Of a stretch of 58,302 bases of DNA, positions 34,771 through 47,500 are shown piece by piece; within the stretch, counting starts at the first letter, position 1, and every line of letters begins with the position of its first letter. Source of the stretch: a virus (Duplodnaviria > Caudoviricetes). A program made the position numbers and the translations under genes. The notes beneath the pieces are model-generated. The model was not told the origin of the DNA, did no database searches, and worked only from the letters and a program-made list of their open reading frames with translations. Location of the stretch: positions 1 through 58,302 of IMG/VR virus record IMGVR_UViG_3300024999_000119; one strand, given 5' to 3'.

Positions 34771-37281
34771 ATGAAAATTAAAATAAATAAATTTCCAGGA
34801 ATTTATTCTAACTTTAACGAAGTAATAAGCAATTCAGAATATGCCAAAATACTCTCTGCAACACCTTCTAAGACACAATTAGAAGCAAAAGGATATAAAG
34901 TATCACCTATCAAGTCTTTATCCGTTATACCTACAAATGCAAGTAATACAATCACGAATACTTCTTCGTTTCCTATTGCTACATCTAATAGTGGAGATTC
35001 TATTGAGGGAGATGCTGATAATCTTCTTTCTAGTAATTATAACAATATATTGTGGTTTTCTGAAATAGCTTTAGATAATGATAAATATGGAGTTTCTCGT
35101 ATTAGAGGAGAATCTTTAGGAGAATATGTTTCTAATTATATTTTCGATTATGAATACTTCTTTGCTATTATTTATATTGCTGATGACAATTACACATATA
35201 TTGATATTATCAATAGCAATGATTTCTCTATAAGAAAAAAGTATTGGTTATCTGGGGAATTTAGAAAAGCTATAAATGAAAAAGGTATATTGTATATCAC
35301 AACCAGCACTCAATCATACCAATTACAGAAAATAGATAGAACAACAAATAGACTTGTAGGACAAAGTTATTTCTATTCAGAGAATGGTATCTATTTAAAT
35401 CCTATCATTCCTTCAACAGATATAGATGCCACTACTTTTACATTAGAGAAAACATCTATTCAATTAGATGGCGAAACAGTTAATGTAACTTTTTCTAATT
35501 ATGAAGAAAAGTTAGCTGATAGAAGACTACAATATGTTTTTGGCAAATATATATATAAATTCAAAAAGTACATATACTCCAATATCAAAAATATTTCTAC
35601 AGATGAAACATATATTACTCTAAGATACACTACTATATATGATATTAAAGTAGCAATTGAAGCTAATAGAGATACTGTAACTGTATATTTTGGTGAAGAT
35701 GATGGCGATTTTAGTTCAGATGCTAAAACTTATAGTATGAAAACTGTACTTGCTGGTGAAACCTATGAAGATCCATTTGATGCTGCTATTGAATTTGCAA
35801 AGTTATTTTTAGCTGAAAGTAAAAATCTAACTACAGCTTTATATAGTTCTACTATTTTCGAAAATACTAATTCTGATATAGTTGTTGATGGTATTGATTA
35901 TGTTACAAAAGATGGTACTCATTTATCTTATCAAGAAATTTTAGATAGAACTATGAATACTTATGAATCTAACATAGCAAAAGAAATAGATGAAAATAAT
36001 ACATTTCCTACTGGTACAAACCAAACTTATTGGTTCTATTCTTATCTATTAGATGATGGTAGTGAAATAGTAATGGATTCTAAATTTGAGATACAACTAT
36101 CTTCTAGTTTATATTATGGGTATAACATTAAAGACTTAGTGTTTCCTACAGAATTATCTACAAGAATAATGTCTTTTAGATTGTATATTAAAAACAAACT
36201 ATTAGATCCATATCAATTAGTATTTGAACATAGTTTCTATGTAAATGATGCTAATAATCAATCTAGATTCTTAACTGGTTTATCTTTAAGTGGTATATAC
36301 TCTTTACAAACTATTGGGACTAATGATCCAATTAAAAATAAATCTTTTTATACACCAATACGAATATTTGAAGATTTTATATTCTCTAATGGTTTAATGA
36401 TTATTGTTAGTGGCACTAATGTACTATATCCTATAATTGCTAATGGTAAATTAACAAAGATATATTACCCAATAAATGTCATTCCAGAAGTAGAAGGTAA
36501 TAATCTTATGAGCATTAATGGTATTCTTGGAGTAAGAAAGAATGATAGAATATCTCTAGTCAATATTACTTCAGAAGATGGATTATTAATATTCAATATC
36601 AAAGATGAAATGGGATTAGTTACAAAAGATGTATATGATATAGTTGAAACTCCAGATGGAGTGATACTACATACTAATGCTGGTATCTATGCAACAGATG
36701 GTCAGAATTTATCATTACTTTCTGAACCAATAAACGACAAAGTTATTAAAGGATTTAATTATTCTAATATATTTCACGATGTATTAGCAAGAACTTTATG
36801 GTACATTAATGATTTAGAAAAGACTGTATTCATTTACTCTTTTGACAATAACTCTTGGTATTCTCCGATAGAATATGATAAATATTTATCTATGTTTGTT
36901 GCTAATGATAATACGAAATATCTATCAACAGCAAATCAGATATATGCAATAGAAGAACAACCTAAAGAGTCTATATTGGTATCTAATATGACTAACTTAG
37001 GAGACAGTGATTTATTGAAGAAAATTTTATATATTGATTTTGATTTTATTGGTGAAATAACCTGGAATAATCCTTTCATTGATGCTGATAAAAGGAAAAT
37101 AGATTCATACTATAGAACTTCTACTGGAGCAATTTCTTATATTGAGAGAATGACAAAAAGAATATATGTTCCTTTATCTGGAAGAAGATTAGGAAATTAC
37201 CATAGTTGGATATTTGAATTGTCTGCTGGTACAATACTATACAATTATGAAGTTACATTTGAAACAGAAGAGAAGAGATAA
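34771..37281 (+). CDS. Tail nozzle/DNA stabilisation protein (P22 gp10/T7 gp12-like)
   Basis: 836 aa; FPG N-terminus; beta-propeller-like repeats (GIYATDGQNLSLLSEPI); NLGDSDLLKK. Confidence 0.65.
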   Translation: MKIKINKFPGIYSNFNEVISNSEYAKILSATPSKTQLEAKGYKVSPIKSLSVIPTNASNTITNTSSFPIATSNSGDSIEGDADNLLSSNYNNILWFSEIALDNDKYGVSRIRGESLGEYVSNYIFDYEYFFAIIYIADDNYTYIDIINSNDFSIRKKYWLSGEFRKAINEKGILYITTSTQSYQLQKIDRTTNRLVGQSYFYSENGIYLNPIIPSTDIDATTFTLEKTSIQLDGETVNVTFSNYEEKLADRRLQYVFGKYIYKFKKYIYSNIKNISTDETYITLRYTTIYDIKVAIEANRDTVTVYFGEDDGDFSSDAKTYSMKTVLAGETYEDPFDAAIEFAKLFLAESKNLTTALYSSTIFENTNSDIVVDGIDYVTKDGTHLSYQEILDRTMNTYESNIAKEIDENNTFPTGTNQTYWFYSYLLDDGSEIVMDSKFEIQLSSSLYYGYNIKDLVFPTELSTRIMSFRLYIKNKLLDPYQLVFEHSFYVNDANNQSRFLTGLSLSGIYSLQTIGTNDPIKNKSFYTPIRIFEDFIFSNGLMIIVSGTNVLYPIIANGKLTKIYYPINVIPEVEGNNLMSINGILGVRKNDRISLVNITSEDGLLIFNIKDEMGLVTKDVYDIVETPDGVILHTNAGIYATDGQNLSLLSEPINDKVIKGFNYSNIFHDVLARTLWYINDLEKTVFIYSFDNNSWYSPIEYDKYLSMFVANDNTKYLSTANQIYAIEEQPKESILVSNMTNLGDSDLLKKILYIDFDFIGEITWNNPFIDADKRKIDSYYRTSTGAISYIERMTKRIYVPLSGRRLGNYHSWIFELSAGTILYNYEVTFETEEKR

Positions 37282-37721
37282 TGCTATTATTTAAACATAA
37301 TGTAGCTAGCACAAAAGAATTTGAGAGATTAGAAAGAAAGATTGATAGAAAAATTAAAGTTATTGAATCTGTAACTGCTAATAGTTCTACAACCAATTCT
37401 ATATCTTCCAATTTAAGCACTCTAGGAAGCTCTACAAGCTCATCAAATGCCATAAGGGTATCAAACGTTAGCTCTTCACCTTATAGTGTCTTAGATAGCG
37501 ATAATGTGATATTATGCAATACAAATACAAAAGATATAACAATCAATTTACCTTTGATATTTGTAGTAAAAGAATTGGTTATAAAAAAGATAAGTGATAA
37601 TTATACTGTTATAGTTAAACCATATTATGGAAATAAAATAGATGAATTAGACTCAGTATCTATAACAGCAAAATCATCTATAAAAATAGTTTCTTATGGG
37701 ACTAATTGGTGGATAATATGA
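37281..37721 (+). CDS. Tail-associated protein
   Basis: DNVILCNT..ITINLP..KK..GTNWWII module. Confidence 0.6.
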   Translation: MLLFKHNVASTKEFERLERKIDRKIKVIESVTANSSTTNSISSNLSTLGSSTSSSNAIRVSNVSSSPYSVLDSDNVILCNTNTKDITINLPLIFVVKELVIKKISDNYTVIVKPYYGNKIDELDSVSITAKSSIKIVSYGTNWWII

Positions 37722-39403
37722 GTTATATAGAAAGACTTCAAATAGGAGAAGTCTCAAATAAGAATTCTACATCTGCTTTATTGAAAGCTAATGGAGTTTT
37801 TACTGGTAAATGGGAAGATGTATCTAATTATAATTCTGTTATAATAGGAATTAAAGTAGATAAGAATAGTGCAACAGATGGACTATCTATCCAATGGAGT
37901 TCTAATGGTACTACTATGTGTGATTCTGATAGTTATACTATACTTGCTAATATAGGAAAAGTATTCACGTTTACACCAGCAAGAAAGTATATTAGAGTTG
38001 TATATACAAATGGTACTGTAGATTTAACTTCTTGTGGTATTCAAACTATATATAAACAAGGTGGTATTAAAGCATCATCACATAGAATTAATGATGCTAT
38101 TGTAGCAGAAGATGATGCAGAATTAGTTAAGTCTGTTTTAACTGGAATGAATGATAAAGGATATTTTGATAATGCAAAGATGTCTAATAAAGGTAATCTA
38201 AAAGTTAGTCTAGATGAATATGGAGATACTCCTTCGATAGATCCATTTGATAGATTAAGAGTATCAACACCATATACAATATTTGATTCTAAACAATTGC
38301 ATGATTCTCAACCTTTATTTTGGGATGAAGAAACAAGTGCAGGACCATCTACACATATTGCTGTTGATGCTTGTACAAGAATGGCAGTTAGTGCTACACC
38401 TGGAGAATATGCTGTTAGACAAACAAAACAAAGATTTAATTATCAACCTGGAAAAGGAAGTCTAATATTATTGACGTATTATGGTGAACAAGTAGATGGC
38501 ATTAGGAAAAGATTAGGTATTTTTGACGGTACAAGTGCAGACTATCTAATACCAAATAATGGGATATTCTTTGAAACAGATGGTACATTATCTTGGAATA
38601 TTTGCAAGAATGGGACTATAACAGAAAGTGTATCTCAATCTAATTGGAATGTAGATAAATTAGATGGTACTGGAGTTAGTGGAGTAACTTATAATGCTAA
38701 TTCAGCTCAAATAGCATTGATAGATTTTGAATGGTTAGGAGTTGGTAGAGTTAGAGTAGGATTTGTTATTGATGGTATAATTAGATATGTACATTATTTT
38801 AATCATGCTAATGATACATCATTTGACAGTGTTTATATGTCAACACCAAACTTACCATTAAGATATTCTATTGAAAATTTAACTGGAGAATATGACGATA
38901 CATTTGATCATATATGTTCAACTGTTATAAGCGAAGGTGGATTAGAAGAAACTGGTATATTGAGAAGTATAGATAATGGTTCAACTCATTTGAATGCTGA
39001 TGTTGTCGGGACTACTTATGCTTTATTAGGAATTAAGTTAAAAGCATTATATAACGATATTACAGTTACACCAAAGAAAATATCATTATTAAGTTTAACT
39101 AATGATGGATTTAAATGGTCATTGAAATTGAATCCTGTAGTTGCTGGTACATTCACATATTCTGATTTAACTTATAGTGCAGTACAATATGCTATTGGAG
39201 TTACTGCTAATACTGTTACTGGTGGATTAGATATAAGTAGTGGTTATGTTAGTGTTGCTAGTGGAGTTACAGAAGATTTAACAACAGCATTAAGAATGGG
39301 AAGTACAATAAGTGGTAGTATCGATAGTTTAGTATTATGTGTTACTCCACTTTCTGCTAATGCTGATATATTAGGAAGTTTAACTTTTAGAGAATTATTA
39401 TAA
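37718..39403 (+). CDS. Virion structural/tail protein
   Basis: DPFDRLRVSTPYTIFDS, YQPGK, DFEWLGVGRVRVGF, NLPLRY. Confidence 0.7.
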   Translation: MSYIERLQIGEVSNKNSTSALLKANGVFTGKWEDVSNYNSVIIGIKVDKNSATDGLSIQWSSNGTTMCDSDSYTILANIGKVFTFTPARKYIRVVYTNGTVDLTSCGIQTIYKQGGIKASSHRINDAIVAEDDAELVKSVLTGMNDKGYFDNAKMSNKGNLKVSLDEYGDTPSIDPFDRLRVSTPYTIFDSKQLHDSQPLFWDEETSAGPSTHIAVDACTRMAVSATPGEYAVRQTKQRFNYQPGKGSLILLTYYGEQVDGIRKRLGIFDGTSADYLIPNNGIFFETDGTLSWNICKNGTITESVSQSNWNVDKLDGTGVSGVTYNANSAQIALIDFEWLGVGRVRVGFVIDGIIRYVHYFNHANDTSFDSVYMSTPNLPLRYSIENLTGEYDDTFDHICSTVISEGGLEETGILRSIDNGSTHLNADVVGTTYALLGIKLKALYNDITVTPKKISLLSLTNDGFKWSLKLNPVVAGTFTYSDLTYSAVQYAIGVTANTVTGGLDISSGYVSVASGVTEDLTTALRMGSTISGSIDSLVLCVTPLSANADILGSLTFRELL

Positions 39404-39412
39404 GAGGAAATT

Positions 39413-40000
39413 ATGTTATCATTGATTGGTACTGGAATAGGATCTGCGTTATCCTATTGGGGTGAGAAGAATAGACAAGTAGAAGAAGAAAGAGCAATAG
39501 AAGCTCAAAGGAAAGCATTAAAAGAAGCTAAATATACTTCTGGTGAAAAAGCTAATATATTAGATAAAGTAGGCGACCAATATAATACTTCTAATCTAAA
39601 TATAATGAATGCTTCTGCATTAGGATTATCTGGTGTATTGAATTCTGATACTCTTAGAGGATTAACTGCATCAAGATTATTGGGCGAAAGAGCTAATAAG
39701 CTATCTGAAACTGAATTATCTATATTAGATGCTAATAAGAAGATAGATACACAAATTGCTGGTTTAGGTAGTGCATCTCCTGTTAATATTGGTAATATAA
39801 TAGGTGGTGGATTAGCTGGATTCCAAGCTGGAGAAGCATTAGATAAATCTGGAGTCTTTAAGAATCTATTCGGTGATTCAAATGCAAAAGTAGGTGCTGA
39901 TGCTATTACAACAGCAACAAATCCAAATCCTCCTTCTTTAACTGGAAATGAATTGGCTAAGTACCAAGAGCAAAAGAAACTATGGCAAGGATGGATATAA
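39413..40000 (+). CDS. Ejection (internal virion) protein, small
   Basis: Gly-rich amphipathic termini plus coiled coil; after the nozzle. Confidence 0.6.
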   Translation: MLSLIGTGIGSALSYWGEKNRQVEEERAIEAQRKALKEAKYTSGEKANILDKVGDQYNTSNLNIMNASALGLSGVLNSDTLRGLTASRLLGERANKLSETELSILDANKKIDTQIAGLGSASPVNIGNIIGGGLAGFQAGEALDKSGVFKNLFGDSNAKVGADAITTATNPNPPSLTGNELAKYQEQKKLWQGWI

Positions 40001-41514
40001 TGGCACAATATACTAATACAGTCTTGCCGGCATTAGCTATGGTTGGAGACTTCTTAACACAAAGAGCTAAAAAGAAAGTAACTTCTGACTTATCCACTAA
40101 TCTTATAAATAGAATACAGGGAGCAATGAGTACAGAAGATTTAGCATTAGCTATGCAAGAAAGCCAACAAAAGTTATATGCTAATACATATATAGATCCT
40201 GAACAACAAGCTAGAGTTGGTCAAGTATTAAACCAAGCTGGTAATTATAAAGAAGTTGTTCTCAATAAAAAGAATATGCAAGATAAAGCTAATAAGCTAT
40301 ATCAAATTCAATATGATGCAGTTAAAGACTCAGAATTTGAATATAATGGTAAATTATTAACTGGTAAAGGAATAGCAGACCAATTAGCTAATATAGCAGA
40401 TCCAGAAATTAAAGTTGCAGCGTTTGTTAATTTAACTGATCCAAAGAATATTGCTAAAACTAATAGAAGCATTACTAATACAGATGGTAAGTACCAACTT
40501 AATGAATCTATTACTGGTAGTAGTGGGAAAGTATTCCAAACTAGTTCTTATGATATAAGCAATTATGGTAATAAACCTTATATTGAAATGAATAAAGAAG
40601 AAGGTTATCAAGAAGGAATAGATAGAAATTTAACAGCAGAAGAAGCTGGATATTTAACTACATCACAAAAAGCAGAAAGAGACAGACTTGCACAAGAAAG
40701 AAGATTAGATAACCAAGAGAGAAATGCTAATCTTCAAACACAAATTATGAGAATGCGAGAAATAAGAGACCAACGATCATTTGATAATGCTAATAAAAAA
40801 GAAGATATAATAAATGTTACTAATAATGAAACTGGCAAACAAGAGCAATTGCTTATTGTTAATAGTGGACAAGTAGATGGTAACTATCAAAGAAAGATTT
40901 ACAAATTTGGTAATGATGGAAGAGCAATAGAAGTAAATCAAAATGAAATTGAAAATAATTATACAGTTAGTTATATACCAACAGCAGATGACAAAGTATA
41001 TGTCCAAAAATACAGTAAAGATATAGACAAAGCATTGGCTAGTATTTCTAATAATGTTGATGTTATTGATTCAGATTGGAGTATGACTGATACAGATACA
41101 GAAAACAAATTCACTGAATTTAGAAAAAACTATCCTGCTCCTACAGCAGCAAATGCTATTCAAATTTATGATATGCTAACAGTTGATGGTACAATTGATA
41201 GAAAATATCTTGTTACAGAAGTAGAAAAGCAATATGAAGGTTTAAAAAAATATTTAATTGCAACAAATCAAATCAATAGAGATGGTAGTGTAAGAACTGT
41301 ATCAACTAAAAAAGAACAATCTAAACCACAACCAAATATTCCAGACTCTCCATTAAAACAAAATACTAATGGTAATAAAGAAATTGATTTAGGATATACT
41401 GTCAAAACTAATCCAGCAAATACTAGTAAAGAAGTTTCTAGTAGTCTTCTTGAATATTTTCCTAAAGCAAAGGATTCTGAATTAACTAAATTAGGTAATA
41501 ATTTTAACCAATAA
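40000..41514 (+). CDS. Ejection (internal virion) protein, medium
   Basis: Q/N/K-rich helical protein before the giant gene. Confidence 0.55.
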   Translation: MAQYTNTVLPALAMVGDFLTQRAKKKVTSDLSTNLINRIQGAMSTEDLALAMQESQQKLYANTYIDPEQQARVGQVLNQAGNYKEVVLNKKNMQDKANKLYQIQYDAVKDSEFEYNGKLLTGKGIADQLANIADPEIKVAAFVNLTDPKNIAKTNRSITNTDGKYQLNESITGSSGKVFQTSSYDISNYGNKPYIEMNKEEGYQEGIDRNLTAEEAGYLTTSQKAERDRLAQERRLDNQERNANLQTQIMRMREIRDQRSFDNANKKEDIINVTNNETGKQEQLLIVNSGQVDGNYQRKIYKFGNDGRAIEVNQNEIENNYTVSYIPTADDKVYVQKYSKDIDKALASISNNVDVIDSDWSMTDTDTENKFTEFRKNYPAPTAANAIQIYDMLTVDGTIDRKYLVTEVEKQYEGLKKYLIATNQINRDGSVRTVSTKKEQSKPQPNIPDSPLKQNTNGNKEIDLGYTVKTNPANTSKEVSSSLLEYFPKAKDSELTKLGNNFNQ

Positions 41515-41526
41515 GGACTAACTCAA

Positions 41527-44500
41527 ATGAGTGATTTAAGAAATGATATTTTTTCTTTATTAAAAGAAAAGAAAGTTTTGAAAAGTGATTATTCTATTGA
41601 TACATTTAAAGAGAAGTTATCTTCATCAGAGAATACTGATTTAATATATGATGTTTTGGGTGGTGGTACAATTCCTAAAGAAGAGTTTTATCATTTAGTT
41701 AATCCAGAATCTAGTCAAGATGCTATTGCACAAAGACACAATACTCCATTAGAAGGAATGAATTGGTTTCTTCAAGCTGCTACTTATATTGGTGATAATG
41801 TTGTTGCTGGTATAGAGAAGGTATCTGGTGCTTCAATTAATCCAGGTTCAGCAGATAGAGCTTCTGATATAAATCAACATTTTGCTATGGCAACTGAAGG
41901 AATGTTTAAGAACTCTTGGGATTATGCTAAAACTGTTGGTTTAACTGTAGTGCGAGATAGTTTTGATAGTCCCTTTACCATATTAGATAAAGCTTTAGGA
42001 ATAGAGAAAAAACAAACAGCTAATAAAGATGAATCAAAAATTATGGTTGAAAAAGAATTAGCTAATTCTTATGAAAACATACATAACACTAATACTAAAA
42101 TTAGAAATGAATATATTGCTACTGGAAAGATAGATCCTAAATCTACTAGTATAATGGCTAGTTTAATGGATTCTGCTCCTGCTACTGTAGCAAGTCTTGC
42201 ATTAAGTTACTTTACAAAGAGTCCTAAAGCTTCTATGGCAATGTTTATGGTTGAAAGTGGTGGTAGAACTGGTGCAGACTTTTATGCTGAAACTGCAAAG
42301 AGAAAAGAAGATGGTTCTTTGATACCAAATACTGGTAATGTTGAACATGGTATCTTTGGTACTCATATAGGTATTATTGCTGGTTTAGTAGAAGGTGGTA
42401 CTGGTTTTGAGCATTATGCTGCTAAATTAGGTACTAAACTTGCTGGTAAACAGATTGCTGAAGCTACTGCTGGTATTACAAAGAATGCAATGCTTAAGAA
42501 GATGGCTTATAATAACTTAAAAGATTATGCATTAAATTCTGTTGGTGAAGGTTTAGAAGAGGTAGTACAAGGTGGATTAGAGCAATGGGGAAAGAACTAT
42601 CTTGATTTAAGAAATGGGTATGATCTCAATCAATTAAAAGATGGGTTCTTACAGGGAGCATTTGGTGGTTTAATATTAGGTGGAGGAATGCAAACTGTAT
42701 CTTTTGCTAGTGACTACAAAAAAACAAAAGCAATACAAGAAACAGTAGAAAAAGTATTAGATAAAAAAGAAAAGTTAAAACAAGCATTAAAGACTGACAA
42801 AAATATATCTCCAGAAGAGAAAAAGAAATTAGAAGATAAACTTAAAGAAGAACAAAGACTCTTAAAGTTGTTATCAGAAGCTTCCCCAGAAGAGTTTGGA
42901 ATGCATGCTAGTAATTTAGTCCATACTGTTACGTCTTCAATGGAGATTATGAAAAGGAATTCTGAAGCATATACTGCTTTTATGCAACATAAAACTAATT
43001 TATATAATGCAGAGATAGAAAAAGGTTATAATGAAAATACTTATACTAATTTAATGGAATCAGAAGAGGAAGGTAGATTAGCAAAGTTATCTGCTGAAAG
43101 TAGCAAAAGATTTAGAACATTAACAGAAAAGTTTAGAGAAGAAAGAAAGAATGATGAAGAGTTTAAGAAACTTAGTGATAAAGAACAGAATGAAGTTATT
43201 AATGCATTAGCACATACACATTTATTAAATGGTACTGATTCTGCTGAATATAAAAAGTTATCTGAAAAAGCTAAAGAATTAAAATCAATTAAAGATAAGA
43301 AACAAGAGAAGAAAGATTTAACTCCAGATGATAAAATTGAGATAATGAAGTTAGGAAAAGAATTGACTAAAATTAGTCAAGAAGCATTTGATTTATTTAA
43401 TCCTATACATCACGAAATGTTATCACAAGGTTTAACAGATGCTAATATTCTTAAATATAGTACAAAAGAAGAGATAGATAATGCTCAACAGCAAATAGAT
43501 GTATATAATGAAAATCAGAAAAGAGTACCTACTATAAAAGAAGATATTAAACCAGAAGTGATGGTTAACAAAACTGTTGATTTATCAAAAGTTTTGGAAA
43601 GTTCTAATCCAAAAGTAAATAAGACTAAACCTGAACTTCAAAAAGAAGCTAAAGATTTAGGTATTGTACCAGAGAAGAAAAACAAAGTAGAATTACAAGA
43701 AGCTATAGATAATAAAAAGAATGAAATTCAATCTAATATTTATAATGCTGGTGATGAAGAACAAATAGTTAACCCAGAGGTTACATCTAATGAAGAAGGG
43801 ACTATTACATTAAGCGATGATCAATTAAACCAATTGCAGAGTTTAATGGATGCAGAAAAGAATAAATCTAATACTAAAATAGATGGTTCTGAATTTGGTG
43901 AAGATGGTGAAGGTAATAAACCTATATCTAAAACAGATAAACCACAAGATGTATTTGAAGAATCTGATTCTGAATTTATTGAAAGAAGAAGACAATATGC
44001 TAGGCAAGAAGTAATTGATGGTAAAGGTATTTATGCTGTTATAGGAGATAATACATACGTTTCTATTGATAATAGATTTACAGTTAACTCTAAGACTGGT
44101 GAATTGATAAAAGATAAAAAGTTATTAGAAGAAATAAAAGCCAAGGGAAAGAGATATGAAGCTAAAGATAAATCAGTAGATACTCAAAATACTTCTTCTG
44201 ATGCTGTTGAAATTATAACAAATATTTTGTCAAAAGAAACATGGAATGAAGCTGCTACTTGTAGTGGAACAGCATGTTATGATGTTAGTGATAAAATTAT
44301 AAGCGTTTTATCTAATAATAACATTAAAGCTGTTAAAATGGATGTTAATGCTCAACAGTTAGATAAAAATGGAAATCCTGCATCTAAAACTGGTGATCAT
44401 AGATTAACAGTTATCGAATATAATGGTGAATTTTATATAGCAGAAATACCACAACCAGCATATTTAACATATGATACTAAAAATGGAACTATTGCTTTTA

Positions 44501-47500
44501 AAAAAGGAATAGAACTGAAATCTCTTAAACCAATAGTTTATCCTTTTTCTGAATGGATAAATAGGAATAAACCTGACAATGTATATTATCCTGAAATAGA
44601 AGGAATAGAAAGAAATATTGAGAACATAAAACAATATATTCCATTGTTAGAAAGAAGAGTGTCCGAAAGATTAGCAGAAGTTCAAAATTCAAATGGGAAA
44701 CTTCCTTTTATAGTTAAAAAATATAATAAAGCTAAAGATGAGCTAGATAGAGCTTTAAATGCTCTACAATCGGATAATACTTCTAACCTTATACAAAGTA
44801 TGGGTAAGGAGGAGAAAGTGTCACTACAAGGCTCTATGGACGTTATATATACTTCTGTAGGTGGTCATTTGATGGAGATTCAAAGTAATCTACATGAATT
44901 GAAAGATGGTGATGTTTTAACAGCAGAAAAACTACCAAATGATATAGGTGCAACAAATATAAAGACTGGACTTGTTTATCCTTATTTTCTAAGAATTGTA
45001 GGACAGAATGGTAAAAATTATGGTGGTATTCCTTTTGGTTCTGTTGCAGATAAAGAAATATCAGATATGATTGACAATGGAAAAGAAGTACAGATACATG
45101 TTGTTAAATCTAAACTTAGTTCTTTTGATTTTACTTATAGTGCTAAAGAATCTATAGTTCCAATAGAAAATCCAATTAGTGATTTGAATTTTAAGACTAT
45201 TGCTGATTATGCTTCATCTTTAGCTGAACTTCAAGATGTCAATCCTAATTTAGTGAATTTAATTAAAACTTCTTTAGGTAATGTTCAAGTTGTTTCTGCT
45301 ACTCCAGAAACTGTTATCAACAGCAATGGTGATTTAATGGGTACTAGAAAAGCATTATTAAGCAAAGATAATGGAGTTTATACTATATATGTTAATATGG
45401 AAAAGACTAATGGCAGAGAAGGTAATTCCATTATACACGAAGGATTACATAAATTCTTGAGAGATTCTTTAGATATAAAAGGGGTAGATAATAAAGGTAA
45501 TAGCACATACAATAAAGAATTTGATTTAGATTTAAGAGCAATGGTTAAAGAGATTGAAAAACAAATATCTAATACTGAATTTTATAGAAAGAATAAAAGT
45601 GATTTAGATAGAATATTTGATTTAAATTCTTTTAGAAGATTAGGGTTAAAAGAAGATCAGATTGCTAATAGACAAGCTGAAGAGTTCTTAGCTCATGTAT
45701 TTTCCGGTACATCTTCTCTTAGAGGTTGGATGGAAAGAACTAGTGTTAATGTTGGAGAGGATTCAGATACATGGTTTGGAGCATTCAAGAGAATATTGTT
45801 AAAGATATTTAAGAAAAGAACAGATAGCTTTACTTATTTGAATTATTTAGAATCTATATTTGATTATAGATTAAATACTAATATAAGTGAAATTATGGGT
45901 GAAGTTAATGAGTCTTTAATGGAAGAAAGTAATGATGATTCTTTAACTGATATAGAAAAGATAAATAAGTCTGCTGAAACATTAGATAATCCACATGTTA
46001 TAGTAGATGCTGTTGGTATGATAGCTCCAAATGAATTAGATGCTATTGCTTATGTACAAACATTATCACAAGGTGAATTTGAATCTCAATTGTTTTCAAA
46101 TGAAGATTGGTTAAAATCATCTTCTTTTAGTTTTGAAAGTGAAATAGAAAATAATCCTGGAAAGAGCCATATAACATTAGATAAGTTTAGAAAACACTTA
46201 GCTGTTAATATGTGGAGAAGAGCTAATTCAATGATGAGAGTTCCTACTATAAGACTTAAAATGCATGGTAAAGGAGAGAAGAGATTCTTAACTGTACAAG
46301 AATTAGGTGTTATACATAAAGATAAGAATAATGTTATTAATTATGGATGGACTGAAAAGAATAAGTTACAAGAAAGAAATAAACAAATAGGTAGAATATT
46401 AGGTCAGAATACTGAATTAGTTTATATAGATGCAGTGGAGTTTTATAATGGTAGTTTTGGTGATGTATCTAAACAAGATAATAAATTATTAGCAGAGAAT
46501 TTATATAATAAAGGATATTTATATCTAGGTAGATTTGCTGATAAGAATACATTTGCTGCTATTAAATTAGAAAACCTAGAAGAAGCTAAAGTTAAATTAG
46601 CACAATTAAATTTATTATATACACAAAAAGCATCACAATGTTTTCAACAATTATTTCAAGAATTCCAAGAAGGTAAAAGCAAATACCCAATTAGTTTAGA
46701 GGAAGTTCAGAAAGTAACTAATACTGCTGGTGATATTACAAATGTTGCTAGAGCTTTAGTTGAAGATTTTAAATTAGGTGCTACTATTGATGAAGATGGT
46801 AATCTTAATTCTGTATTATATAATCCTAATTTTTCTGATACTTTTGATTTAATTAAGATATTCAAAAGAACATTAGATGTTGTTGAACAAACTGCAACTC
46901 CTACAGAAATAGATGAAGCTATAGATAAATTAGATGAAAAGAGTGGCATAGTAGTTAATGGTAAAGGAGAAGTTGATGTTAGAACTGCAATATTTGATGC
47001 CAAGAATAGTAGTGCAAAACAAACTGTTACTATTGGTGATAGAGAGATAGAATTTAATTTAATGGATATATTGATAAATGAATTAGGTACTGAAACTACA
47101 GATGGTGTTGTTATATCAAGAAGAGATGGATTCAATAAGTTTTATAGAGAAATACATGCAGAACTATATGATACTCCAGTTAAAGCTATAATAACTAATA
47201 ATAGTAAAGGAGATTTTTCTACTCCATTTTTAGGTAAGATGGCTATTCATACAACTAATTCAGATGCATTAGAAGCTTGGATGAGAGAAAACAATATAGC
47301 TTTGCTTATGTCTTCTTCTGCTGTTAAAGTCAACTTAGATTTAAACAAGATAAATGATAATGGAGAGAAAGGTTCAATAGGGTATGCTAATAGTGACTTG
47401 TTAGGAATAGCACAAACATTTAATATACCATTAAACAATATTTATCGTCAAGGACAAAAGAAAGGTGTAAAAGATAATGCTAAAGGATTGGCTCAATCAT

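Noticed and set aside
31000-40008. Antisense ORFs 31000..31365, 32898..33167 and 39505..40008
   Set aside because: Fully overlap well-supported plus-strand genes
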